Source: Candidatus Omnitrophota bacterium (GTDB lineage Bacteria > Omnitrophota > Gorgyraeia > Tantalellales > Tantalellaceae). From it: a stretch of 64,000 nt of DNA. The DNA is taken from NCBI GenBank assembly GCA_034723315.1, contig JAYEOV010000017.1:6612-70611 (forward strand), read 5' to 3'. This document shows, piece after piece, positions 1 to 9,295 of the stretch (position 1 is the stretch's first letter; each line of letters starts with the position of its first letter). Position numbers and translations under genes: made by a program. A model generated the notes under the pieces. The model worked only from the letters and a program-made list of their open reading frames with translations. It made no database searches and was not told the DNA's origin.

Positions 1-1073
1 GGTTTGCGCGCAGTTCCCAAAACGTAATGGTGTTCTCACAAAGAAGGTTCGGCAAAACATCACTTATTAAAGAAGTACTGAAACGGGCAAAAAAAGAGGG
101 AATATTAACTGTATATGTTGATCTATATGCTGCGTTATCAGAAGAGCAGCTGGTAAAGAGCTATTCTGAAGCAGCATCTAATTCGTTATTAAGCAAGACA
201 GAAAAAGCTTTTAAAAACGCGGGGAAATTATTTAAACTGTTGCAGCCGGTACTAACACATGATGATGAAGGCAAGCCTGTTTTTAAGGTTGATATTGACA
301 GGACAAAAACGATTCCTTTGTTTGAAGACGTTATCGACTCAGTAAACCGCACCGTTGAGAAAAAAAGAAAGAAAGCGGTAATAGTATTTGATGAATTTCA
401 ACAAATAGGACAGTTTAAAAACGATAGAGCTGAGAAGGTCTTGAGGACACATATACAAAAGCATCAAAATATTTCCTATTTTTTTATGGGGAGTAAAAAA
501 CATTTGATCATTGATATGTTTAACAATACGAATCGGCCGTTTTACAAATTGGCTGCGCCGTATCCTCTGAAGAAAATTAAAAAAGGGGAATTAGTTGTAT
601 TTATTTCAGAAAAATTCAAAAATAAAAGAAGAAAAATTGATAAAGAGACAGCTTCTTTAATTGTGGATATTTGTGAACAGCATCCATATTATGTGCAGTA
701 TTTATGTTATATTATCTGGGACAATACAAAAACCGGGGGAACCATAAACCGCGAAGAGGTTACAATCGGGATCAAGGTTCTGCTTGAATGGACATCGCCA
801 ACGTATGAGGCAACATGGGGTTTGTTAACAACAAAACAGAAAAAGGTGCTGGAAACTATAGCCAAAATGTCAGAAGAAGAAAGAATGTTTTCAGCAGAGT
901 TGATAAATAGATTTGGATTAGGAACGCCGTCATCCCTTCAACGTTCTCTAAAAAGTTTAATTGATAAAGATCTGATAGATAGAGAAAAAGATAAATATAC
1001 GATTATTGATCTATTTTTTAAGAAGTGGATAAATAATATTTCAGGCAGAAAAAACTATGACGACCAAGCGTAA
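1..1073 (+). CDS. AAA+ ATPase of the archaeal-ATPase/DUF234 type (5' end probably cut by the window edge; ORF track start 27)
   Basis: Degenerate Walker A motif RRFGKTSL near the N-terminus, and a C-terminal winged-helix-like region typical of PF01637+DUF234 proteins. The gene is AT-rich relative to its neighbours. No full-length Walker A loop is present upstream of M27, so the true start likely lies upstream of the window. Confidence 0.55.
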   Translation, partial: FARSSQNVMVFSQRRFGKTSLIKEVLKRAKKEGILTVYVDLYAALSEEQLVKSYSEAASNSLLSKTEKAFKNAGKLFKLLQPVLTHDDEGKPVFKVDIDRTKTIPLFEDVIDSVNRTVEKKRKKAVIVFDEFQQIGQFKNDRAEKVLRTHIQKHQNISYFFMGSKKHLIIDMFNNTNRPFYKLAAPYPLKKIKKGELVVFISEKFKNKRRKIDKETASLIVDICEQHPYYVQYLCYIIWDNTKTGGTINREEVTIGIKVLLEWTSPTYEATWGLLTTKQKKVLETIAKMSEEERMFSAELINRFGLGTPSSLQRSLKSLIDKDLIDREKDKYTIIDLFFKKWINNISGRKNYDDQA

Positions 1074-2619
1074 ACTTATAAGATCAACAGGCATAATAGG
1101 TTTTGCGACTTCCACAAGCCGTGTTCTGGGGTTTATCCGGGATATCCTTATCGCCATGTTCTTCGGGACGGGGATGTTCGCCCAGGCCTTCGTAGTGGCG
1201 TTCCGGCTTCCGAACATGCTCCGCGACCTGGTCGGGGAAGGGGCGACGGACGCCGCGATCGTGCCGGTACTCACCGAATACAGTCATACGCGCACGCAGG
1301 AGGAGTACTGGGAGGCGGCCCGGGTCATATTGAACCTGATGCTGATAGTTCTCGTGGTGCTGTCCGTGACGGGGGTTGTCTTCGCGCCTCTTCTGGTGAG
1401 GGTGATCGCTCCCGGGTTTTTGCGTGATCCCGGGAAATTCGCCACGACCGTGTTCTTGACCCGGATGGTCTTCCCTTATATACTTTTTCTCGGGATGGTG
1501 GCCTACAGCAAGGGTGTCCTCAACTCGTTACACTATTTCACGACACCCGCGTTCGCGCCGGTCGTGCTGAATATCACCATGATATTGTCGCTTCTTGTGC
1601 TTTGCCCCGTCATAGGTATCAAGGGGCTGGTTGTCGGCGTTCTGGCCGGGGGTATCCTTGAGATGCTGATGCAGGTGCCGCCGCTCAGGGCAAAGGGGTT
1701 CAGGATCAAAAAGGGGTTCCGCCTCGCGCACCCGATAGCCAAAAGAATAGGCGGGCTTCTTCTTCCCAGGGCTCTGGGCACCGCGGTCTACCAGATCAGC
1801 GTCCTTATAGATACCGTGCTGGCTTCCCTGGCCTGGATAGTGGGCTCCGGCGGTGTGGCGGCGCTGTATTATTCCAACCGCCTGGTGCAGCTGCCGCTGG
1901 CCGTTTTCGGGATATCTCTCGCGACTGCCGCGTTGCCGAAGATGAGCAGGGAAGCCGCTTCGAATGATATCGACCGTCTTAAGGATACCGTTTCTTTTTC
2001 ATTAAGGACGGTTTTCGCGATAATGATACCCGCGGCGGTAGGGCTTATGATACTGGCCGGGCCGATCATCAGGATACTTTTTCAGAGGGGGGAGTTCACG
2101 CCGTATTCCACCGCGATAACGGCTAGCGCGCTTTTTTTCTACAGTTTCGGTCTTTTCGCTTACGCGGGTATTAAGATACTTGTGAGCACGTATTATTCCA
2201 TGGGCGATACCCGCACGCCCGTGAAGACAGCCGCGGTCTCACTGGTGGTCAACCTGGTGCTTAACCTGATACTCATGTGGCCGCTCAAGATCGGGGGACT
2301 GGCCCTGGCGACCTCAATAGCGGCTACGACGAATTTTATCATACTCTACGTGGTGCTGAAGAGGCGGATAGGGGACTTGGGGACCGCGAGGATAATTTCT
2401 TCGTTCACCCGGATATGCGGGGCGGCCGGGATAATGGGCGTTTTCACCTGCCTGGCCTCCCGGGTGTTTCTGCAGGCGGCGGGGCTTTCGGGTATCAACG
2501 TGTTCGCGAGGCTGGCGGGGATAGTTTTCGCCAGCGGCGCCGTGTATCTGTTATCGGCCTTCGTCGTAAGGGTTGAAGGTGTAAGAAGGTTGTGCGCGCT
2601 GGTTGTGGAAAGAAAATGA
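1057..2619 (+). CDS. murJ: Lipid II flippase MurJ (MviN)
   Basis: 520 aa polytopic membrane protein. The N-terminus GIIGFATSTSRVLGFIRDILIAMFFGTG and AFRLPNMLRDLVGEGATDAAIVPVLTEY are a characteristic MurJ signature. Confidence 0.9.
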   Translation: MTTKRKLIRSTGIIGFATSTSRVLGFIRDILIAMFFGTGMFAQAFVVAFRLPNMLRDLVGEGATDAAIVPVLTEYSHTRTQEEYWEAARVILNLMLIVLVVLSVTGVVFAPLLVRVIAPGFLRDPGKFATTVFLTRMVFPYILFLGMVAYSKGVLNSLHYFTTPAFAPVVLNITMILSLLVLCPVIGIKGLVVGVLAGGILEMLMQVPPLRAKGFRIKKGFRLAHPIAKRIGGLLLPRALGTAVYQISVLIDTVLASLAWIVGSGGVAALYYSNRLVQLPLAVFGISLATAALPKMSREAASNDIDRLKDTVSFSLRTVFAIMIPAAVGLMILAGPIIRILFQRGEFTPYSTAITASALFFYSFGLFAYAGIKILVSTYYSMGDTRTPVKTAAVSLVVNLVLNLILMWPLKIGGLALATSIAATTNFIILYVVLKRRIGDLGTARIISSFTRICGAAGIMGVFTCLASRVFLQAAGLSGINVFARLAGIVFASGAVYLLSAFVVRVEGVRRLCALVVERK

Positions 2620-4049
2620 TGGGTAGTGTTTCTAAGAAGTTATTGTCGAAGGTGAGGAAACTTCCGGATACGCCGGGGGTCTATAAGTTCCTCGATCCGA
2701 AGGGGCGCGTGATCTACGTGGGCAAGGCGAGGCGTCTCCGGCGCCGCGTCGCTTCTTATTTCCGGCCGGGCCGGGCGCGTGACAGCCGCCTGGAGCTTCT
2801 GGTAAGCGAGGTCCGTGACATAGCTTTTATCAGGGCTTCTTCCGAGGCGGAAGCGCTCATATACGAAGCCGGGCTTATAAAGGACCACAAACCCAGGTTC
2901 AATATCGATCTCAAGGACGACAAGTCGTATCCGTTCCTCAAGCTTACGGTGAACGAGAAATATCCACGGCTTTTTCTCACGCGCCGGAGGATCGGGGACG
3001 GAGCCCTTTATTACGGGCCGTATGTCAACGTGAAGCTCCTTAAAGCGGCGTTGTCCTTTATGAAAAAGGTGTTCCAGCTGAGGAGCTGCCGCGTCATGCG
3101 TAAATCCGTCTGTCTTGAGTATCACCTGGGCCAGTGTCTGGGGCCGTGCGAGAAGAAAATAACGGACAGGGAATACGCCGAAACGGTCGATCAGCTCAAG
3201 AAATTCCTTGAAGGGCGGAAGGACGATCTTATACGGTCGCTAGAGAAACAGATGCAGCGGTTTTCCGGGAGGAGGGAATATGAGAAGGCCCTGGCCGTGA
3301 AAAAACGTATTGAGGCCCTTACCGCGGTTCAGCAGCTTCACGACAGGTCGCAGTATCCCGTATACGGGGAGCTTGACGAACTGCAGAACGCGCTGGCCCT
3401 CCCGCGGATGCCGGTGAGGATAGAGTGTTTTGATATTTCAAACATTAGCGGGCAGCAGGCCGTGGGGTCCATGGTAAGGTTCATCGCCGGGAGCCCTCGT
3501 AAATCGGATTACCGGAGATTCCGGATAAAAGGGCGTGAAGGGATAGACGATTACGCCATGATACGCGAAGTCGTCCGCAGGAGGTATTCGCGTCTTATCG
3601 AGGAAGGGAAAGCGCTGCCGGACCTGGTCATGATAGACGGCGGCAAGGGGCATCTTTCCGTGGCAAAGGAGGAGTTCGCGCGGCTGGGGCTGAACGACGT
3701 GCCGGTGGTCAGCATAGCCAAGGAGCATAACCATCTTTACACCGGATCGCGGGAACGGCCCATAAGGCTTTCGCCGGGGTCGCGGCTGCTTCTTCTTGTC
3801 CAGAGGATCAGGGACGAGGCGCATCGTTTCGCCGTGACGTATCACAGGAGGCTGAGGCGCGCCGAGAAGTTCGATACCGGGCTCAGGCGGATAAAAGGTA
3901 TCGGTCCGGCGAGAGAGAGGATGCTCCTGGAGAAGTTCGGGAGCAGGGACAATATACGCCGGGCCTCGGCTGAAAACCTGAAAAAGGCCGGACTGGACGA
4001 ACGCACGGTCCGGACGGTCGTTGAATATTTTTCGGGGACGCCCCACTAG
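2616..4049 (+). CDS. uvrC: Excinuclease ABC subunit C (UvrC), short form
   Basis: GIY-YIG motif GVYKFLDPKGRVIYVGKARRLRRRV, a UVR domain (EYEKALAVKKRIEAL), the UvrC RNase H-like endonuclease region and a C-terminal HhH (RIKGIGPARERMLLEKFG). The start was chosen at the ATGA overlap with the murJ stop; the ORF track start is 2592. Confidence 0.85.
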   Translation: MMGSVSKKLLSKVRKLPDTPGVYKFLDPKGRVIYVGKARRLRRRVASYFRPGRARDSRLELLVSEVRDIAFIRASSEAEALIYEAGLIKDHKPRFNIDLKDDKSYPFLKLTVNEKYPRLFLTRRRIGDGALYYGPYVNVKLLKAALSFMKKVFQLRSCRVMRKSVCLEYHLGQCLGPCEKKITDREYAETVDQLKKFLEGRKDDLIRSLEKQMQRFSGRREYEKALAVKKRIEALTAVQQLHDRSQYPVYGELDELQNALALPRMPVRIECFDISNISGQQAVGSMVRFIAGSPRKSDYRRFRIKGREGIDDYAMIREVVRRRYSRLIEEGKALPDLVMIDGGKGHLSVAKEEFARLGLNDVPVVSIAKEHNHLYTGSRERPIRLSPGSRLLLLVQRIRDEAHRFAVTYHRRLRRAEKFDTGLRRIKGIGPARERMLLEKFGSRDNIRRASAENLKKAGLDERTVRTVVEYFSGTPH

Positions 4050-4146
4050 AAACTAGGGACAGACACTAGTTTCCTATGGAAACTAGTGTCTGTCCCTAGT
4101 TTCTATAGTTTCTAGTCCTCAGGGTGGCACCTAGTGGGGCGTCCCC
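4034..4146. repeat. Nested perfect palindrome: inner 29-bp arms (4046-4074 and 4078-4106, with a 3-nt loop TAT) inside outer 16-bp arms (GGGGACGCCCCACTAG at 4035-4050 and its reverse complement at 4131-4146)
   Basis: Read directly: ctagaaactagggacagacactagtttcc TAT ggaaactagtgtctgtccctagtttctag, flanked by ggggacgcccc and ggggcgtcccc. No T-tract follows it. Confidence 0.8.
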
Positions 4147-4152
4147 ATGGCT

Positions 4153-4171
4153 TTACACGCGGGCGTGAAGT
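4153..4171 (+). promoter_or_regulatory. Candidate sigma70-type promoter for prfB (TTACAC-N16-TATAAT)
   Basis: ttacacgcgggcgtgaagttgatataat lies about 35 nt upstream of the prfB ATG. It is a sequence match only. Confidence 0.4.
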
Positions 4172-4204
4172 TGATATAATGCCTGCTAAGAGGAGGTAAC
4201 GAGC

Positions 4205-5306
4205 ATGATAGACAAGTTAAAAGAATCATTGGAGCTTCTGGATACCAAGTTCGAAGAACTACGGGGGTATCTTTGACCTGGATAGAAGGTCGAAAAGGAT
4301 AAAAGAACTTGAAACCGAGCTCAATGATCCCGAGATATGGAAGAACCAGGAACGGGCGGACAGTCTTTCACGCGAACTGAAGGCGGTCAGGTCTATTGTC
4401 GGTCCGTATATCGAGATAAAAGAGCGGCATGACACGGTTAAGGAACTCGCGGAGATAGTCGAACCCGAAGACGCGGGATCCATAGACAGCCTGCTCGAAG
4501 AGGTTGAGGATGTCAGGAAACAAATAGACAAGCTTGAATTCAAATGCCTCCTGGGGGGAGAAGCCGACAGGTGCGCCGCTATTATAAGTATTAACGCGGG
4601 CGCTGGGGGCACTGAATCGTGCGACTGGGCGTCCATGCTCCACAGGATGTATCACCAGTGGGCCTGGGGGAACAGCTATACCACGGAAAACGTCGATCAG
4701 CTCCCCGGGGAAGAAGCGGGTATTAAGAGCGCGACTTTCATCATAAGGGGAGATTTCGCCTACGGTTATCTCAAGTCGGAGACGGGGGTACATCGTCTCG
4801 TCCGGATATCGCCCTTCGATTCAAACAAAAGACGCCATACCTCTTTCGCTTCGGTTGACGTCATACCCGAAATTGACAAGAACATAGCTGTGGAGATCAA
4901 CGAGAGCGATCTCAGGGTGGACACGTACCGTTCGTCGGGCGCCGGCGGGCAGCATGTGAACGTTACCGATTCAGCGGTAAGGATAACGCATGTGCCGACC
5001 GGGGTAGTGGTGCAGTGCCAGAAAGAGCGTTCACAGCACAAGAACAAAGCGACGGCCATGAAGATACTGAGAGCCCGGCTGTACGAGATGAAGAAGAGAG
5101 AGAACGAAGAAGAGGTGATGCGGGCATACGGGGACAAGAAAAAGATCGAATGGGGCAGCCAGATCCGATCCTACGTGCTTCACCCGTACAAGATGGTGAA
5201 GGATCACAGGACGGAAGAGCAGACCTCGAACGCCGAAAAGGTGCTTAACGGCGATCTTAGTATGTTCCTGGAGGCTTATCTGAAGAAGACAGCCGCGAAG
5301 AAATAA
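4205..5306 (+). CDS. prfB: Peptide chain release factor 2 (RF2), translated with a programmed +1 ribosomal frameshift at codon 24 (CTT TGA C, 4271-4277)
   Basis: Frame 1 reads MIDKLKESLELLDTKFEELRGYL and then hits an in-frame TGA at 4274-4276. The +1 frame continues DLDRRSKRIKELETELNDPEIWKNQ... through the GGQ motif (SSGAGGQHVNVTDSAVRITH) to 5306. The RF2-specific SPF tripeptide is present (RISPFDS). An SD-like AGGGGG lies 3 nt upstream of CTT TGA C, exactly as at the E. coli prfB frameshift site. Confidence 0.92.
4262..4277 (+). promoter_or_regulatory. prfB autoregulatory +1 frameshift site (internal SD-like GGGGG + CTT TGA C)
   Basis: cgggggtatctttgac: the in-frame UGA is followed by C (a weak stop context), with an upstream SD-like element at canonical spacing. 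Confidence 0.85.
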
Positions 5307-5338
5307 GAAGAAAATTGTAACGCATTCGTAGATTACAG

Positions 5339-5410
5339 TTCGCGGCCTGGAGGCCGCTCCTACGGGTTATACAGCAACGCATTCGTAGGAGCGGCCTCCA
5401 GGCCGCGAAC
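5339..5410. repeat. Inverted REP doublet: GTTCGCGGCCTGGAGGCCGCTCCTACG at 5339-5365 and its reverse complement at 5384-5410
   Basis: Read directly. Each REP is also preceded by the short direct repeat AACGCATTCGTAG (5321-5333 and 5378-5390). Confidence 0.85.
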
Positions 5411-5421
5411 AAACAATAACG

Positions 5422-5919
5422 ATGATAAAATTATATCACCAAAACAAGTTGCGTAAAGCCAGAATATACGATTCAAAATATCCGTATTTTATGACAATTT
5501 GCGCATATAACATGCAAGATGTGCTGACAAAGGAATGTGTTCCGGAAATATTTGTTGAGAGCATTAAATGGTTTATCGCGAATTCGGTTATCTTAAATCT
5601 TGGTTTTGTGATCATGCCGAATCATTTGCACTGGGCTTTTGCCATAAGAGGGGATGGCAAGTTGGACAATATTATGCGCGAATTTAAAGGTTATACGGCA
5701 AGGAAGATTAAAAAACTATCAGATATTAAGCAGAAAATTTGGCAGAAGGGATATTATGATCATTCATTAAGAGATATGAAGGATTTCAAGATAAAGTTGG
5801 AATATATGCATAACAACCCGGTTAGAAAAGGTATAGTGGATAAAGCGGAGAATTATTTGTATTCAACGGCAAATGAAAGATATAAGGGATTGATAGATTG
5901 GGAGTATGTAACGGGATGA
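5422..5919 (+). CDS. REP-associated tyrosine transposase (RAYT; IS200/IS605-like Y1 HUH transposase, TnpA_REP)
   Basis: 165 aa with the HUH motif MPNHLHWAF and a C-terminal catalytic Tyr region (YLYSTANERY). The AT-rich ORF is sandwiched between GC-rich REP copies on both sides. Confidence 0.75.
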   Translation: MIKLYHQNKLRKARIYDSKYPYFMTICAYNMQDVLTKECVPEIFVESIKWFIANSVILNLGFVIMPNHLHWAFAIRGDGKLDNIMREFKGYTARKIKKLSDIKQKIWQKGYYDHSLRDMKDFKIKLEYMHNNPVRKGIVDKAENYLYSTANERYKGLIDWEYVTG

Positions 5920-5926
5920 AGGTACA

Positions 5927-6010
5927 GTTCGCGGCCTGGAGGCCGCTCCTACGTGGTGAGACGGGAGGGTTCGCGGCCTGGAGGCCGCTCCTACGGGTGA
6001 GACGGGAGGA
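5927..6010 (+). repeat. Tandem direct doublet of a 42-bp unit (REP GTTCGCGGCCTGGAGGCCGCTCCTACG + GGTGAGACGGGAGG), 5927-5968 and 5969-6010
   Basis: Read directly. The second unit's GGGAGGA also serves as the Shine-Dalgarno for secA (ATG at 6016). Confidence 0.85.
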
Positions 6011-6015
6011 CTAAA

Positions 6016-9000
6016 ATGTTCGGATTTTTGATGAACCTTTTAAAGAGTATGTTCGGGACGCAGAACGAGCGCGAACTCAGAAAACTGGAGCCTGTGGTCC
6101 TGGAGATAAACGCGCTCGAAGAGGAGTTCTCGTCCCTTTCGGATGACCGGATAAGGGAAAGGGCCGGACGTATAAGGGAAGAGATCAGGCGCGCCCGCGG
6201 GGAAATAAAGGCCGAGATAAATGCGATACGCGAACAGGTCGTCGCGTCCACATCGGAACAGGAGAAGAACAAACACAGGAAACGCCTGAAAGAGGCCAAG
6301 AACAGGGTGCTTGACGAAAGGATACCCGAGGTCTTCGCGGCGGTGAGAGAGGCGGCCAGGAGGACCATTGGGCTCAGGCATTTTGACGTCCAGCTCATGG
6401 GGGGGATCGTCCTGCACCAGGGAAAGATCGCGGAGATGGCAACCGGCGAGGGGAAGACGCTCGTGGCGACGCTGCCTGTCTGCCTGAACACGTTTTCCGG
6501 CGAGACTGTTTATATCATCACGGTGAACGACTATCTGGCCAAGAGGGACAGCGGGTGGATGGGGCCGGTCTATGAATTCCTGGGGCTTTCGGTGGGTGTC
6601 ATACAGCATGACATGAGACCCGAGGAAAAGAAGAAAGCTTACGCGTGCGACGTGGTCTACGGCACCAACAACGAGTTCGGGTTCGATTACCTCAGGGACA
6701 ACATGGTGATAGATAAAAGTGATATGGTCCAGGGGCATCCGAGTTTCGCTATTGTCGATGAGGTCGATAGCATCCTTATTGACGAAGCGAGGACGCCGCT
6801 GATAATATCGGGACCGGTGGATGAAACGAACGAGGCGTACAACCAGATGCGGCCGGTCATCCAGGAAGTGGTGAGGGCCCAGAAGAAGACGGTAGCGGAC
6901 TACATCTCACGGTTCCGTGAAACGTTCCGCGACGGGAAGGAAGACGAGGCGGGCCGGATGCTTTACCTCCTGCACAAGGCCGATCCCAGGAACCGCGAGT
7001 TCCTGGATATCATACTTAAGGACACGCGCGCGAAATCGTTGTTCGACAAGGCGCAGTCCCTGCACGACAGCAAGGTGATGGAGAAGGAGCGTCACGAGCT
7101 TCTTGAACAGCTTTTCTATGTCTTCGACGAGAAGTCGAAAGAGGCGACCTTCAGCGCGAAGGGCCAGGCCCTGATGCGGGAGAAGTTCAACCTGGAGTTC
7201 ATGCTCGAGGATATAGAGGCGAAGCTGGCGGAACTGGCCGAGGCCGAGGAGGGCGTTCCGATGGAGGAGAAAGTCGCCAGGGAGACGGAACTCGTGGCTT
7301 CTTATTCGGACCAGCAGAGAAAGGTGGAAAGCGTCAAGCAGCTGCTGAAAGCGTATATACTTTTTGAGAAAGACGTCGATTACGTCATCAAGGATAACAA
7401 GGTAGTCATTGTGGATACCTTCACGGGAAGGATGATGCCGGGACGCCGTTTCTCGGACGGCATACATGAGGCGATCGAGGCCAAGGAACGCGTCGAGGTG
7501 CAGAGAGAGAGCCAGACGCTTGCCACGATCACACTCCAGAACTATTTTCGCATGTTCGACAAGCTAGCCGGCATGACAGGCACCGCGAAGACAGAGGAGG
7601 GTGAGTTCGAGAATATTTATCTTCTGCCGGTCGTTCAGGTTCCGCCGAACCGTCCTCTGAAACGCGAGAGCATGGCGGATCGCATATACAAAACGGAAAA
7701 GGAAAAATTCGACGCCGTTATAGACGAAATAGCGGATCTGCACGAAAAAGGGCGTCCGCAGCTCGTGGGGACCGTCTCTATAGAAAAGTCCGAGCGGCTC
7801 AGCAAGCTGCTTACCACGCGCGGGATAACGCACAACGTCCTGAACGCCAAGCACCACGAAAAAGAAGCGCACATAATCGCGCAGGCGGGCCGCTACGGCG
7901 CGGTGACGATAGCCACGAACATGGCCGGCAGGGGGACCGACATCCTGCTGGGAGGCAATCCCGAGTTTCTCGCCCGGGACGCGGTGAGCAAGCTGGAGAT
8001 GGACGATCCCGGGGAAATAGAAAAGGCTTTAGACAGGTTCCTCGAGGAGTTCAACAGGAAGACCGAGGACGAGAAACAGAGGGTTCTTGAGTTCGGGGGG
8101 TTGCACGTCCTCGGGACAGAAAGACACGAGGCCAGGAGGATAGACAACCAGCTCCGGGGCCGTTCCGGCAGGCAGGGGGATCCCGGTTCGAGCAGGTTCT
8201 ATCTTTCTCTGGAGGATGACCTGATGAGGATATTCGGTTCCGACAGGATAAAAGGGGTCATGGACCGCCTCGGCATGGAGGAAGGCGAGGTCATCGAGAA
8301 CCCGCTGGTCACGCGTGCCGTGAGAACGGCCCAGACCAGGGTGGAGGGCCAGAACTTTGAGATAAGGAAGCATCTTCTCAAGTACGATAACGTGATGAAC
8401 CAGCAGAGAGAGGTCATATATAGGAGACGGCGCGTTATCCTTGAGGAGACGGACCTGAAAAAAGAGTTTTTTGAAAGTCTCACGGTGGGGTTGGAATCGC
8501 TTCTTCAAAACTGGGAAACGGTACCGGAGCCGGCCGACTTTGCCAAACAGGTCATGTACCATTTTGTGATAAACGTCAAACCCGATATGCTTGAGGGCAA
8601 GAGGGCGGAGGAGGTCATTGATCTGGTAATGGGTATCGCCGAGAAAAATTATTCAGCAAGGGAGAAGTTCCTCGGGGAAGAAAGGATGAGGGAGCTTGAG
8701 AAGATGGTCATGCTCTCGGTGATAGATTCCAACTGGAAGGAGTATCTCAGGGAGATCGACGATCTCAGGGAGGGGATCTCCTGGAGGGCGTACGCGCAGA
8801 AAGATCCCTTCATTGAGTTTCAGCATGAGGGCTTCAAGATGTTCACGGAACTGATGGTGAAGATAGACGAGCAGACGGCGGAACGCGTCATGAAGATCTC
8901 CGCGATGGAGGAACAGTACAGAAAAAGCGTTTTCCAGCCCGAAAAAGAGACCCTTGAGCACAGGGGGTATTCCGCCATAGGGACCCCGGCCGCCGGCCAG

Positions 9001-9174
9001 GACGAGATCTACGATAAAAGTCCGGTAAAAGGGCCGGAGGAGATGTTCGTCCCCGAAGCGCCGCCGGAACGGAGACAGGATGCCACTTACCGGAGGAGCA
9101 CGCCCAAAGTCGGGCGAAATGACCCATGCCCGTGCGGCAGCGGGAAAAAGTACAAGAAGTGTTGCGGACGGTAG
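6016..9174 (+). CDS. secA: Preprotein translocase ATPase SecA
   Basis: 1052 aa with the DEAD-like motor ([12 protein letters not shown]; [19 protein letters not shown]), a preprotein cross-linking domain, and a C-terminal zinc-binding tail [14 protein letters not shown]. Confidence 0.95.
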   Translation: MFGFLMNLLKSMFGTQNERELRKLEPVVLEINALEEEFSSLSDDRIRERAGRIREEIRRARGEIKAEINAIREQVVASTSEQEKNKHRKRLKEAKNRVLDERIPEVFAAVREAARRTIGLRHFDVQLMGGIVLHQGKIAEMATGEGKTLVATLPVCLNTFSGETVYIITVNDYLAKRDSGWMGPVYEFLGLSVGVIQHDMRPEEKKKAYACDVVYGTNNEFGFDYLRDNMVIDKSDMVQGHPSFAIVDEVDSILIDEARTPLIISGPVDETNEAYNQMRPVIQEVVRAQKKTVADYISRFRETFRDGKEDEAGRMLYLLHKADPRNREFLDIILKDTRAKSLFDKAQSLHDSKVMEKERHELLEQLFYVFDEKSKEATFSAKGQALMREKFNLEFMLEDIEAKLAELAEAEEGVPMEEKVARETELVASYSDQQRKVESVKQLLKAYILFEKDVDYVIKDNKVVIVDTFTGRMMPGRRFSDGIHEAIEAKERVEVQRESQTLATITLQNYFRMFDKLAGMTGTAKTEEGEFENIYLLPVVQVPPNRPLKRESMADRIYKTEKEKFDAVIDEIADLHEKGRPQLVGTVSIEKSERLSKLLTTRGITHNVLNAKHHEKEAHIIAQAGRYGAVTIATNMAGRGTDILLGGNPEFLARDAVSKLEMDDPGEIEKALDRFLEEFNRKTEDEKQRVLEFGGLHVLGTERHEARRIDNQLRGRSGRQGDPGSSRFYLSLEDDLMRIFGSDRIKGVMDRLGMEEGEVIENPLVTRAVRTAQTRVEGQNFEIRKHLLKYDNVMNQQREVIYRRRRVILEETDLKKEFFESLTVGLESLLQNWETVPEPADFAKQVMYHFVINVKPDMLEGKRAEEVIDLVMGIAEKNYSAREKFLGEERMRELEKMVMLSVIDSNWKEYLREIDDLREGISWRAYAQKDPFIEFQHEGFKMFTELMVKIDEQTAERVMKISAMEEQYRKSVFQPEKETLEHRGYSAIGTPAAGQDEIYDKSPVKGPEEMFVPEAPPERRQDATYRRSTPKVGRNDPCPCGSGKKYKKCCGR

Positions 9175-9295
9175 GCGGGGAGTAGGCGCTTTGGGTATCT
9201 CGTATCGCGTATTGGGGGGGATCGCTTATCACTTAATGCCGATAACCGATCACTGATAACCGATCACCGGTAACCGCTAACCGAAAACCGATCTA

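Noticed and set aside
2277-2576. 99-aa + strand ORF inside murJ in another frame (also 5015-5248 inside prfB and 9646-10101 inside lnt)
   Set aside because: Alternative-frame ORFs within strongly supported genes. They have R/G-rich low-complexity translations typical of GC-rich frame artefacts.
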